Made by a program: the position numbers and the translations under genes. From Candidatus Campbellbacteria bacterium GW2011_OD1_34_28 (lineage in GTDB: Bacteria > Patescibacteriota > Minisyncoccia > Phycocordibacterales > UBA12079), in the NCBI GenBank assembly GCA_001029775.1, contig CP011215.1, positions 490,303 to 554,302 of the forward strand: a stretch of DNA of 64,000 nucleotides, in the 5' to 3' direction. The notes beneath the pieces were generated by a model, which was not told the origin of the DNA, made no database searches, and worked only from the letters and a program-made list of their open reading frames with translations. This document shows positions 34,057 through 43,596 of the stretch, one piece after another. Every line of letters starts with the position of its first letter. Position 1 is the stretch's first letter.

Positions 34057-35622
34057 TTATTCTTCTATTAGTATATACGCTTCTATATAATCTCCAGGTG
34101 CGAGATCTTTTTTGGCTTCAATCATTGATCCAAATTCGTCTCCTTCTCTAACCTCTTTTGCTTCTATTTTTTGAGTTTGAAGACCTAAAATTTTTCCTTT
34201 TTCTAATTCAAAATCTCTTCTCGATATTTTTATATTGGCATTTACAGAGATTGCACCTTCTGTTACTTTTCCTCCAATAACTTGTTTGTTTTTTGTTTTG
34301 TTAAATATTTTTAATATCTTTGCTTTTCCGATTATTTTTTCTGTTACAATTTTTGGAGTTTTATTTATAATTTGTTCTTCCAACCATTCTGTCAATTTAT
34401 AAATAATATCAAAGTTTTCAATTTTTATATTATTTTTTTCCGCCAAATCTTTTGCTCCTCGATCAACTTTTACGTTGAACCCGACGATCAGTGTGTTTTT
34501 GTCTCCACCCGCAGTTTGAATATCATTTTCTGTGATATTTCCAACGCCTGTATGGATTGTCTTTAAAATTATTCTGTCAGATTTTATTATGTCTTCTTTT
34601 TTTACAAGTTTTCCAATCTCATTTTGGATAGCTTCAATTGTTCCTAAAACATCTGCTTTGATTATCAAAGGCACAATAACCTTTGAGCTATCTTTTTCAG
34701 AAATATTTTTATCTTTGTTTTTTATTTCTGAACCTATAATTTCTTTGTATTCCTCAACCATTTTTTCTGCTTCTTTTTTTGAAGAAACTATTTTAAATTC
34801 TGCACCAACATTTGGAATTTCTTTAAAACCGACTATTTGAACAGGGCTTGAAAAAGTAGCCGTGCTAACTGTTTCTCCCAAGAAATTTTCCAGTGTTCTT
34901 ATTGAAGCAAATTTATCTTCGCTTGCTATAAAAGATCCAGTTTTCATCGAGCCATCTTTTATTATCAAGGTTGTGCAAACTCCTTTTTGGGCATCCAATT
35001 TTGTTTCCAAAATGTAACCTTCTGCGGGTTTTTCTGCGTCTCCTTGCAATTCTTCCATTTCTGCAATAAGTAGAACCATATCAAGAAGTTCTGGCACTCC
35101 TTGGCCTGTTTTGGCTGAAATAGGGGCCCATGGTATATCTCCTCCGTATCCTTCTATATAAATAGCATTTTCTATTAACTGTGTTTTTGTTTTTTCAATA
35201 TTTGCTCCAGGTTTATCAATTTTGTTGATTGCAACAATAAAAGGAATTCCTGATTTTTTAATTGATTCCAATGCTTCCAAAGTCTGAGGCTTTGGACCTT
35301 CTTCGGCTGAAATTATCAAAATTGCGATGTCAGCAATATTGGCTCCTCTGTGTCGCATTGCTGTGAAAGCAGCATGTCCAGGAGTATCCAAAAATGTTAT
35401 TTTTTTATCACCATTTTTTGATTTGTGAACAACTTCGTAAGCAGAGATGTGTTGGGTAATTCCACCAGCCTCACCTGCAACAACATTTGATTTTCTAATG
35501 TAGTCCAAAAGAGCTGATTTTCCATGATCAATATGACCCATCACAGCTATGATAGGAGGTCTTTCTATTGTATTTTCACTGTGTGTTTTATTTTCCATGT
35601 TGATAAATTTATTACGAAACAA
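34057..35622 (-). CDS. infB: translation initiation factor IF-2 (short N-terminus)
   Basis: G domain AVMGHIDHGKSALLD, DTPGH, NKID; C-terminal IF2 domains. Confidence 0.85.
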   Translation of the reverse strand: MFRNKFINMENKTHSENTIERPPIIAVMGHIDHGKSALLDYIRKSNVVAGEAGGITQHISAYEVVHKSKNGDKKITFLDTPGHAAFTAMRHRGANIADIAILIISAEEGPKPQTLEALESIKKSGIPFIVAINKIDKPGANIEKTKTQLIENAIYIEGYGGDIPWAPISAKTGQGVPELLDMVLLIAEMEELQGDAEKPAEGYILETKLDAQKGVCTTLIIKDGSMKTGSFIASEDKFASIRTLENFLGETVSTATFSSPVQIVGFKEIPNVGAEFKIVSSKKEAEKMVEEYKEIIGSEIKNKDKNISEKDSSKVIVPLIIKADVLGTIEAIQNEIGKLVKKEDIIKSDRIILKTIHTGVGNITENDIQTAGGDKNTLIVGFNVKVDRGAKDLAEKNNIKIENFDIIYKLTEWLEEQIINKTPKIVTEKIIGKAKILKIFNKTKNKQVIGGKVTEGAISVNANIKISRRDFELEKGKILGLQTQKIEAKEVREGDEFGSMIEAKKDLAPGDYIEAYILIEE

Positions 35623-35742
35623 TATCTAATTTCTAATTACTAATTTCTAATAAAATGTCCAATTCTTAAATTTTAAAATTTGATATTTAGATTTTTGTTG
35701 GGTATTGGATATTGGTAATTAGAAATTTTAAAAAATAATTTT

Positions 35743-36204
35743 TTATTTTCTTGCTTTTGCTTTTTCCAACACCTCTTTTTCTTCTTCTGTCATTTCGTAT
35801 TCACATTTCCAATTTATTATTGGTTTTGCAAAAACGCTTACTTTTTCTCTCGAGTAAAGAGAAGACAAAATCACTCCGTTTCCATCTTTGTCTACCAATG
35901 CAGTAGCAAAACTCTGATTTCCACCGATACCGTCTCCTTTGAAAGGATTAAATCTTATTGTTTCAATCCCTTGAATAGTATCTCTTATTTCATTATTTAT
36001 AGAAATAATATTTAATTCGGTCTTATCTTTAAATTTAATTAGTTCCGATGTGTCTTCTTCCAATTTTTTTAATCTATCATTTACGATCTTGTCGCTTTTT
36101 ACAGAAGGCAATTTTTTGAATTTTGTTTCAAGCAAAGCAACCCAAGCTATCAAAACAGCCACAATAAAAACCAATATGTAAATAATGAATTGATCGCTAG
36201 ACAT
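35743..36204 (-). CDS. hypothetical membrane-anchored protein
   Basis: N-terminal TM helix then coiled-coil-like region. Confidence 0.4.
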   Translation of the reverse strand: MSSDQFIIYILVFIVAVLIAWVALLETKFKKLPSVKSDKIVNDRLKKLEEDTSELIKFKDKTELNIISINNEIRDTIQGIETIRFNPFKGDGIGGNQSFATALVDKDGNGVILSSLYSREKVSVFAKPIINWKCEYEMTEEEKEVLEKAKARK

Positions 36205-36252
36205 AGATTTATCTCAAATTATATATAATAAATAGCCTTTTAGAGGCTTACT

Positions 36253-37218
36253 TTGAGAGATTATACCTTTTGTGACCCAAATAGTAAACCAATTTTAGTG
36301 TGTTATAATTTATCCCAAATGTTTGGATTTGGTGATAAAAAAATAATATTTGCTACTCACAGTAATCGTTTTCATACCGACGATGTTTTTGCTACGGCCG
36401 TCTTGATGTTGTTTCTAAAAGACAAGGAAATTGAGATAGTTAGAACCAGAGATGAAGAAATAATAAAATCTGCCGATTATGTTTACGATGTTGGTGGTAT
36501 TTACGACGAAAGTCTAAACCGGTTTGACCATCATCAAGAGGGAGGAGCGGGGACAAGAAAAAATGGAATCCCGTATTCATCTTTTGGTTTGGTTTGGAAA
36601 AAATTTGGTAAAGAACTTTGTGGTTCCCAAGAAGTTGCAGATTTTTTGGATAAAAAAATTGTTCAGTTTGTAGATGCAATGGATAACGGAATAAAAACTT
36701 TTAAAGAAGATGACGACGAGACAAAGACATATCTGTTCATAGATGCTGTTGATGCTTTCAATCCTTTTTGGCCAGAAGAAGAAAAATTTGATGAAAGATT
36801 TTTAGAAATTGTTGAATTTGCAAAAAGAATTTTGCAAAGAGAAATTGAAAGAGCAAAAAATCTAGAAGATGCAAAATCAATCTTGAAGAAAATTTATGAT
36901 GAGACAGATGACAAGAGAATTATTTATTTAGACAAAAATTATCCTTGGGAAAATATTTTGAACAAATATCCAGAACCTGTTTTTGTAGTAAAAAGTAGGG
37001 GTGAAGGAATGTGTTCTGTAAATTCAGTAAGAGACAATATATATTCTTTTGAAACTAGAAAATTATTTCCAGAAAGTTGGGCAGGGAAGAGTGGCAAGGG
37101 ATTGGCGGATATTACAGGCGTAGAAGATGCTATTTTTTGTCACAATAAACTTTTTATTTGTTCAGCAAAATCAAAAGATGGAGCAGTTAGACTTGCCCAA
37201 TTAGCCCTTGAAGAATAA
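36253..37218 (+). CDS. MYG1/UPF0160-family metal-dependent hydrolase (start probably 36319)
   Basis: IFATHSNRFHTDDVFATAVLMLF resembles the MYG1 N-terminal signature. Confidence 0.5.
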   Translation: MRDYTFCDPNSKPILVCYNLSQMFGFGDKKIIFATHSNRFHTDDVFATAVLMLFLKDKEIEIVRTRDEEIIKSADYVYDVGGIYDESLNRFDHHQEGGAGTRKNGIPYSSFGLVWKKFGKELCGSQEVADFLDKKIVQFVDAMDNGIKTFKEDDDETKTYLFIDAVDAFNPFWPEEEKFDERFLEIVEFAKRILQREIERAKNLEDAKSILKKIYDETDDKRIIYLDKNYPWENILNKYPEPVFVVKSRGEGMCSVNSVRDNIYSFETRKLFPESWAGKSGKGLADITGVEDAIFCHNKLFICSAKSKDGAVRLAQLALEE

Positions 37219-37233
37219 ATTTGATTCTAAAAC

Positions 37234-39723
37234 CTAGCCCAACTTATTTATCCAATACCTATATTGATCACTTTTGTCTTTATAATTTTTAAACAGATTA
37301 AAGCTGGCGGCGGCGTTTGATAATAGACAGATTCCTTTTCCGTTTTCATAAGCTTTACTGACCGCATTTTTCATATTGTTTACTTCAAAAATATTTCTAT
37401 TCTTTACATATTTAACCATTTCTTTTCCTGTTTCCGGAAAGATTATAAAGTTTTTTATCTCCGTTTTTGTTAGATATTTTGCAAAATTATCCAAAGGAAT
37501 ATTTCTGTTTAATCCGCCTAAAATTATTGTATTTACATTTTTTAGAGATTTTATTGATTCAATCGTTGCTTCTGGAATTGTTGCCAGTGAATCATCATAA
37601 AAGATTACACCTTTTTTTTCCATCACTTTTTCTAATCGCAGAGGTAAAGGCTTGAAGGTTTTTATAGAATCTTTTATTTTTTTGTCTGATAGCCCAAATT
37701 GTCTAGCGACGGTATAAGCAATAAAACAATTAAGTTGATTATGTTCTCCCTTCAATTCCGTCTTAAATTTTATTGGTGATTTTTTAAATTTTAATATTTG
37801 AGCTTTTGTTTTGTAATTATGATCGCTTGTATTGATGAATAAATTATTTTTGTTTTGGAAATTTGTGATGTTAAATTTTGCGTCTTTGTATTCATTAAAA
37901 TTTTCGTGATGATTAAGATGGTCGTGAAAAATATTAGTGAGGACTGCAATCTGGGGAGATTTTTCTAAGTGTTCACACTGAAAACTACTCATCTCATAAA
38001 TATAGACATTTTCTTTTTTGTTGTTCTTGTTTTCTAGAAAATTTAGTCCTGTTGTTCCTATATTCCCGATAAGGTATGAACCTTTTAAGATGTGATTAAT
38101 TAAACTTGATATAGTGCTCTTGCCTTTTGTCCCTGTAATTCCAATAACACTTCCTTTAATATTTTCCATAAAGAGGTTCGTGAGGCTTGATATTTTTGTG
38201 TTTTTTGATTTGATTTTTAATTTTATAGTTGGAATTCCGGGAGATTTATAAACAATTTTAAAATCAGCGGGAATTATTAGATTGTTATGAAAATTAATAT
38301 TACTTGGAAATCCTTCCCTCAAATGATCCTCGTCAAATATATGAATTTCTGTGTTTGGTCGTTTTTTAAAATATTCGTACAATGCCTTGCCTTCTGTTCC
38401 GAATCCGGCTATTGCAATTTTTTCTTTTAAAAATTTATTAGGAACCAGATGTTCTGTAGTTTCAGATGTTAAAATTTTGGAGTAATTGCTAGCTTTATCC
38501 GTATTTATTTTTTGTAAGATAGATGGAAGTTTTTTATATTTTTGTTTGGCTAAGTGAAGAGCGAGAAGTGTTTCTTCAATTGTCCCAACACAATCAAAAG
38601 GTTTGTTGTCTTTTTGTCCAACTAATTCTCTATACAAAGGTAATAGAGATTTATCTTTAAATAAATTTTTCCCAAAAATTTGTTCTGTGGTTTTTGAATC
38701 AATGAACGCATTTAATCCCGCAAATACAAAACCGCATTTAGCACATTTCCCACACCATTTTCCTGTTTTTAAACCAGGGTTACAACTTATAAATGAATTA
38801 AAATATTGTGGATATTCAACAAATTTTTTCATTATCTGAATATCATATAAATTTCTTAAAAGAGAAAAATAATTTATATCCGGGGATATGTATTTCTGTA
38901 TATATTCGTGTATTTGTTTTTCAAATTCAAAACTTTTTGAATATTGATGGTTTATTTCTACTCCCAAATATTTTAAGTTGCCTGTGTTAGCACTTCTTTC
39001 ATTCGATAATATTATGTATTTAAAACCATATATTTGAGCCACTAGCGTAGCACTAAATGCGTAAACTGAGGATATCGGGACATGCCCGTTGTAAGCACCT
39101 TTTTTGTTAAGGTTTGTTATTTCTTTGAAGTTTTTTTGTACATCTCTACCTAGAAATATTTTTTTATTATTTTTTGATGTTTTAATGACTTGTTTTGTTG
39201 CTTTATTTGGCTCTATCGCAAACCAAGTAAAATCAAAACCTTTTTCTCTGAGTATTTCTGCACTTACAATACTGTCTTTACCTCCTCCGATTGGAAGCAG
39301 GACGCTCTCTCTTTTGGGGGACATCCGATGCCCCCCAATTTTTAAGTGAGGTGCTTTTGGATCAATCTTTATGTTTATTAAATTTCTGAAATCAATTTTA
39401 TTTTTATAAAAAAATTCACCCAAACCTTTTTCGTAGAGATTTTCCCAGAACTTTATTTGGACTTTATCTAGATACCCAGCTTTTATTGTGATTTTTGGAG
39501 AGCAATATGCTTTGTAGAAACTGGGCAATTCTGCCATCCCTAAATTAAATACAGCTGATGCAATTTTTGATGTATTTTTAACCTTGCTTAAATCTATTTT
39601 TATTTCTGGATTAAAATAAATTTTGTCGTCAAAAGAATAATGAAAAACTATTCTATTTTTCTTTTTATTTATATTAAATCCGTGAAATATGAATTCTTTA
39701 TAGGTTTCTTTTGATTCAGACAT
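37234..39723 (-). CDS. murD: MurD (UDP-MurNAc-L-Ala--D-Glu ligase) fused to an N-terminal QueC/Dph6-like PP-loop ATP-pyrophosphatase domain
   Basis: C-terminal ~430 aa shows MurD motifs (KIVYKSPGIP, GITGTKGKSTI, YEMSSFQCE, DDSLATIPEAT, LSNAAASFNLFKNY); N-terminal ~400 aa has PP-loop PIGGGKDS and a C-x9-C-x2-C-x2-C zinc ribbon ~170 aa downstream. Confidence 0.7.
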   Translation of the reverse strand: MSESKETYKEFIFHGFNINKKKNRIVFHYSFDDKIYFNPEIKIDLSKVKNTSKIASAVFNLGMAELPSFYKAYCSPKITIKAGYLDKVQIKFWENLYEKGLGEFFYKNKIDFRNLINIKIDPKAPHLKIGGHRMSPKRESVLLPIGGGKDSIVSAEILREKGFDFTWFAIEPNKATKQVIKTSKNNKKIFLGRDVQKNFKEITNLNKKGAYNGHVPISSVYAFSATLVAQIYGFKYIILSNERSANTGNLKYLGVEINHQYSKSFEFEKQIHEYIQKYISPDINYFSLLRNLYDIQIMKKFVEYPQYFNSFISCNPGLKTGKWCGKCAKCGFVFAGLNAFIDSKTTEQIFGKNLFKDKSLLPLYRELVGQKDNKPFDCVGTIEETLLALHLAKQKYKKLPSILQKINTDKASNYSKILTSETTEHLVPNKFLKEKIAIAGFGTEGKALYEYFKKRPNTEIHIFDEDHLREGFPSNINFHNNLIIPADFKIVYKSPGIPTIKLKIKSKNTKISSLTNLFMENIKGSVIGITGTKGKSTISSLINHILKGSYLIGNIGTTGLNFLENKNNKKENVYIYEMSSFQCEHLEKSPQIAVLTNIFHDHLNHHENFNEYKDAKFNITNFQNKNNLFINTSDHNYKTKAQILKFKKSPIKFKTELKGEHNQLNCFIAYTVARQFGLSDKKIKDSIKTFKPLPLRLEKVMEKKGVIFYDDSLATIPEATIESIKSLKNVNTIILGGLNRNIPLDNFAKYLTKTEIKNFIIFPETGKEMVKYVKNRNIFEVNNMKNAVSKAYENGKGICLLSNAAASFNLFKNYKDKSDQYRYWINKLG

Positions 39724-39778
39724 AATTTTATGCGATAATTGTTGTAATTATATACCAGTAAAGAATAAAAGATAAATT

Positions 39779-40948
39779 ATGTTTTTTAAAAAGAAAGAAA
39801 GAAGGGTTTTTTTGGATCACGCTACAACTACGCCTGTTAGAAAAGAAGTCTTGAAAGTAATGGAACCTTATTGGAATGAAAAATTTGGAAATCCAGGTAC
39901 AATTCACAGGTTTGGGGTAGAAGCCAAAAAAGCACTAGATGAATCAAGAAAAAAGATTTCTCAGATTTTAAAATGTCACAGCGATGAAGTGATTTTTACT
40001 GCGAGTGGAACAGAATCAAACTCGTTGGCGATTTTTGGTTTCCTAGACAAACAAGAGGAAAATGGAGCCGATTTTAAAAAAATGCATATTATTACAACAA
40101 AGATGGAACATCCGTCTATTCTTGCTTGGTTTGCACGTTTTGAAAGAAAAGGTATAAAAGTTTCTTATATTGATATTGATAAAGAGGGGATTGTTGATTT
40201 AAAACAATTTAGAAAATTGCTTACTCCCGAGACAATTTTTGTTTCTGTAATGTGTGTAAACAACGAAATAGGAACAGTTCAGCCGATTTCAAAAATAGCA
40301 CATATTATAAAAGATTTTAATCGCGACAATAAAGCAAAAATAATTTTACATAGTGACGCTAGTCAGGCACCTTTGTATTTGAAATTGGATGTACATAGTT
40401 TGGGCGTGGATATGCTGACAATAGATGGACAAAAAATCTATGGACCAAAGGGGGTAGGGGCTTTGTTCAAAAAAAGAGGTATTGAAATCAATCCCTTGTT
40501 GGCAGGAGGCAGTCAAGAAATGGGACTTCGTGCAGGAACAGAAAATATTCCTTTGGTTGTTGGTTTGGCAAAAGCTTTTGAATTGGCGGAAAATGAAAGA
40601 GAAAAAGAATCAGAGAGATTGATAAAATTGAGAGACAAATTTATTGATAGAATTTTAATAGAAATCCCAGGATCAGTTTTGAACGGAAGTAAAACCGAAA
40701 GAATCCCAAGTAATGTAAATATTTCTATTCCTAATATTGATAGTGAATACATGATAATCAAGCTAGATGCAAAAGGAGTTGCTTGTTCTTCAAAGAGTGC
40801 GTGTATGGGAAGAATAAAAAGTGCTTCTTATGTGATAGAAGCATTGGGTAACGACATGGGCAATTCTTTGCGATTTAATTTGGGAAAAAGTACAACAGAA
40901 AAAGATATTGATTATGTTGTTGATATGATAAAACAAAGCATTAAGTAG
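39779..40948 (+). CDS. cysteine desulfurase (class V aminotransferase)
   Basis: PLP-fold; active-site region IDGQKIYGPKGVGALF; C-terminal catalytic Cys loop. Confidence 0.8.
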   Translation: MFFKKKERRVFLDHATTTPVRKEVLKVMEPYWNEKFGNPGTIHRFGVEAKKALDESRKKISQILKCHSDEVIFTASGTESNSLAIFGFLDKQEENGADFKKMHIITTKMEHPSILAWFARFERKGIKVSYIDIDKEGIVDLKQFRKLLTPETIFVSVMCVNNEIGTVQPISKIAHIIKDFNRDNKAKIILHSDASQAPLYLKLDVHSLGVDMLTIDGQKIYGPKGVGALFKKRGIEINPLLAGGSQEMGLRAGTENIPLVVGLAKAFELAENEREKESERLIKLRDKFIDRILIEIPGSVLNGSKTERIPSNVNISIPNIDSEYMIIKLDAKGVACSSKSACMGRIKSASYVIEALGNDMGNSLRFNLGKSTTEKDIDYVVDMIKQSIK

Positions 40949-40953
40949 TTTTT

Positions 40954-41307
40954 ATGAACAAAGAAAAAATTTTTAAAAATCATAGAGCCGAGCCGTATTT
41001 TACTTTTGTTAAAAAAGGAATAAAAACAGTAGAAGGTAGATTGAACAAAGGAAAATATAAAGAGATTCAACCCAAAGACCATATTGTTGTTTTTAATAAT
41101 GAGGAAACAGAAAGTTTTGAAGTTGTCGTCGTTGGCGTGAGAAATTATTTTTCTTTCAAAGAGTTGTTAGAAAAAGAGGGATTAAAAAAAGTTTTACCAA
41201 ATGCAGAAACTTTGGAAGAGGGAAGTAATATTTATCGAGAATTTTATTCAGAAGAAGATGAAAAAAATTTTGGCGTGGTGGCTATTGAAGTGGAAGTTGT
41301 TAAATAG
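40954..41307 (+). CDS. ASCH-domain protein
   Basis: EPYFTFVKKGIKTVEGR beta-barrel motif. Confidence 0.55.
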   Translation: MNKEKIFKNHRAEPYFTFVKKGIKTVEGRLNKGKYKEIQPKDHIVVFNNEETESFEVVVVGVRNYFSFKELLEKEGLKKVLPNAETLEEGSNIYREFYSEEDEKNFGVVAIEVEVVK

Positions 41308-41344
41308 TGTGAGGTGTTTGACACCTTGAATAAGAAAAGTAATA

Positions 41345-41372
41345 AAAAAAGCACCACATGGGTGGTGCTATA
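41345..41372. terminator. bidirectional terminator
   Basis: AAAAAAAGCACCACATGGGTGGTGCT. Confidence 0.65.
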
Positions 41373-41818
41373 TATGTGGATCCTGTGTTGCTAAGCAACT
41401 GGGATCCGAATGAGCTATAAAGGACTGGTTGAGAGCGAAAGTTTAGTTTTTATTTCTTCCTCTCTCACTTATATTGTAGCAAGCGGTCACTTTTTGTCAA
41501 GTATTTTTTGACGATTTTTTGTTGGGATTGGAGACAAAACCTCTCTTATTTTGCTAGTGGTAACAGAGGTAATATTTGAATGGAAACCTTCTGTAATTTT
41601 TCCGTGATGTCCTTCGCCAAAAAATACTTTTTTCTTTTTCATACAGGAATCTCCTCGTTGTTATCGTATTTTGGTTTATATTTACCTAAACAAAGATTAT
41701 CTGAAAAAAATTGTAAATACAAGTCTGCTTCAGTCTTATTGACACAAAAGGAAATTTTGCGTAACCTTGTTGAAGGTGTTTGTTATTGTAATAATACTAG
41801 GAAAAAAAGGAGATAAAA

Positions 41819-42037
41819 ATGAATAAAGGTAGCGCTGGATATGAAATAGCAAAATATTTACAGGATAAAGGAGGAAAAGATTCGTTTATTAATATCGTCG
41901 ATTCGCTTAAATGGGACACTGGATTCACAAATGCTGTGGTTCGAGACATGAAAGATCTTCGTAAAACGATTGAAGTCAAAGGTGGCATGGTTTATTTAAC
42001 AGATGTAGGTGTCGCCGAATTGGCAAGATTACAATAA
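41819..42037 (+). CDS. small hypothetical protein
   Basis: 72 aa; RBS AAAGGAG; terminator 42052..42080. Confidence 0.4.
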   Translation: MNKGSAGYEIAKYLQDKGGKDSFINIVDSLKWDTGFTNAVVRDMKDLRKTIEVKGGMVYLTDVGVAELARLQ

Positions 42038-42051
42038 AATGGTTTTTTGTA

Positions 42052-42080
42052 TAAAAAACCCTCCTTCTTGGAGGGTTTTT
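42052..42080. terminator. bidirectional terminator
   Basis: AAAAAACCCTCCTTCTTGGAGGGTTTTTA. Confidence 0.7.
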
Positions 42081-43290
42081 ATAATGCCAAATTTCCTTCT
42101 GCTCTGATCTTTCCCGTTTTGTTTGGTAGTAGAATCTTGTTATCTAAATATCTAAAATAACTCGCAATTCCTATCATCACGGCATTGTCAGTAGAGTGTT
42201 TTGCATCGGGTATCAAAATATTAATACTCAATTCTTTTTCCAATTTTTTAAATTCTTTTCGTATTTTTTTATTTGCGGTTACACCACCTCCCAAAATCAA
42301 TGTCTTTATATCATTTTTTGCGATAGCTTTTTTTGTTTTTAAAAGTAGTACATCTACAACTGCATCTTCAAATTCTGCACAAATTTCTTTTTTTATTTCG
42401 GGCGTCACTTTTTTAATATTTTTGACGGTATACAAAACAGCCGTTTTTAATCCGGAAAAAGAAAAATCAAAGTCGTTTGTATGAAGCATTGGACGAGGTA
42501 GAGTAAAGTTTTTAGTTTTTAGTTTTAAGTTTTTAGAGAATTCTTCGGAAAGTTTTGATATTTCAGGACCGCCTGGGTAGGGGAGGCCGAGCATTCTTGC
42601 TACTTTGTCATAAGCTTCACCGACAGCATCATCTCTGGTTTGACCGATCAATTTATAATCCATCCAATCCTTAATCAGCACTAACTCTGTATGACCTCCA
42701 CTTATCAATAAACCAAGAGCAGGAAACTCAACTCCTTTATACTTGCTACTTGTTACTTTTGACTTGAGGAGCGAAGCGACGAGGTGTCCTTCCATATGAT
42801 TAACAGGAATAAAAGGTTTGTCCCACGCCAGTGCCAAAGCTTTTGCAAAATTTATTCCTGTCCAAAGAGCCGGTTCCAACCCTGGTCCTTGTGTCACAGC
42901 GATTGCATCAATTTTGGGAATTTTGTGTGTTTTAACAAATTCTAACAACGGTTCGGCTATCTCAATTTCTCTTTCTAGTATTTTATGTATCTTATTTGTT
43001 GTTTGTTTGGAAATTGGAAATTGGAAATTGAAAATTTTATTTTTGGAATTGCTTACGGGATTTAATAGACCCCCTTTTTTTAATGTTGTTAAAAGAATCG
43101 GTAATAAATTCTTAGTGTGCTCCCTTTTTGCGAGAGCAGGGAAGACACCCCCATACTCTTTGTGGATATTTATTTGAGAAATAATAGTATCAGCAATAAT
43201 CTTGAACTGAGGTTTTTTTAATCCTCCTTTTGCTTCAATTATGCTAATTGCTGTTTCATCGCAACTTGTTTCTATTGCTAATATCTTCAT
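42079..43290 (-). CDS. tsaD: tRNA N6-adenosine threonylcarbamoyltransferase TsaD (Kae1/Gcp) with ~50-aa insertion
   Basis: MKILAIETSCDETA, HMEGH and GGVAAN-type motifs; insertion carries tandem GGAAATT heptamers (43010..43050). Confidence 0.8.
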   Translation of the reverse strand: MKILAIETSCDETAISIIEAKGGLKKPQFKIIADTIISQINIHKEYGGVFPALAKREHTKNLLPILLTTLKKGGLLNPVSNSKNKIFNFQFPISKQTTNKIHKILEREIEIAEPLLEFVKTHKIPKIDAIAVTQGPGLEPALWTGINFAKALALAWDKPFIPVNHMEGHLVASLLKSKVTSSKYKGVEFPALGLLISGGHTELVLIKDWMDYKLIGQTRDDAVGEAYDKVARMLGLPYPGGPEISKLSEEFSKNLKLKTKNFTLPRPMLHTNDFDFSFSGLKTAVLYTVKNIKKVTPEIKKEICAEFEDAVVDVLLLKTKKAIAKNDIKTLILGGGVTANKKIRKEFKKLEKELSINILIPDAKHSTDNAVMIGIASYFRYLDNKILLPNKTGKIRAEGNLAL

Positions 43291-43295
43291 AAAAT

Positions 43296-43410
43296 TAATA
43301 TACTAATATACGAATTATACTAATAATACAAATGAATACAAATTTTGGCGGTCCTTATTCGTAAATATTTGTATCATTCGTAACATTTGTATATTTGTAT
43401 GTTTACCTCG
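43296..43410. repeat. AT-rich intergenic repeat, TATCATTCGTA family, copy C (both orientations around a central spacer)
   Basis: ATATACGAATTATACTAATAATACAAATGAATACAAAT ... ATTTGTATCATTCGTAACATTTGTATATTTGTATG; arms similar to copy B and copy A. Confidence 0.55.
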
Positions 43411-43596
43411 GTTATGCACATTTCTTTTTTAGAAAAATGTTATATTCTTTTATATGGAAACAGTACGATATGTTTATATTTTTTCAGGCAGAAAAAAATA
43501 GACATTAAAATTTATTGGCTTGTTAGACACAGGCCTACACAAAAACAAAAATCCTCTCGCAATGAGAGGATTTTTGTTTTTGAGAACCAATAAAAT

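Noticed and set aside
41580-41816. ORF 41580..41816 (+) as CDS
   Set aside because: It is AT-rich with no RBS, and its translation is hydrophobic low-complexity. It lies in the promoter/5' region of ORF 41819..42037. The opposite-strand sORF is the more plausible coding unit.
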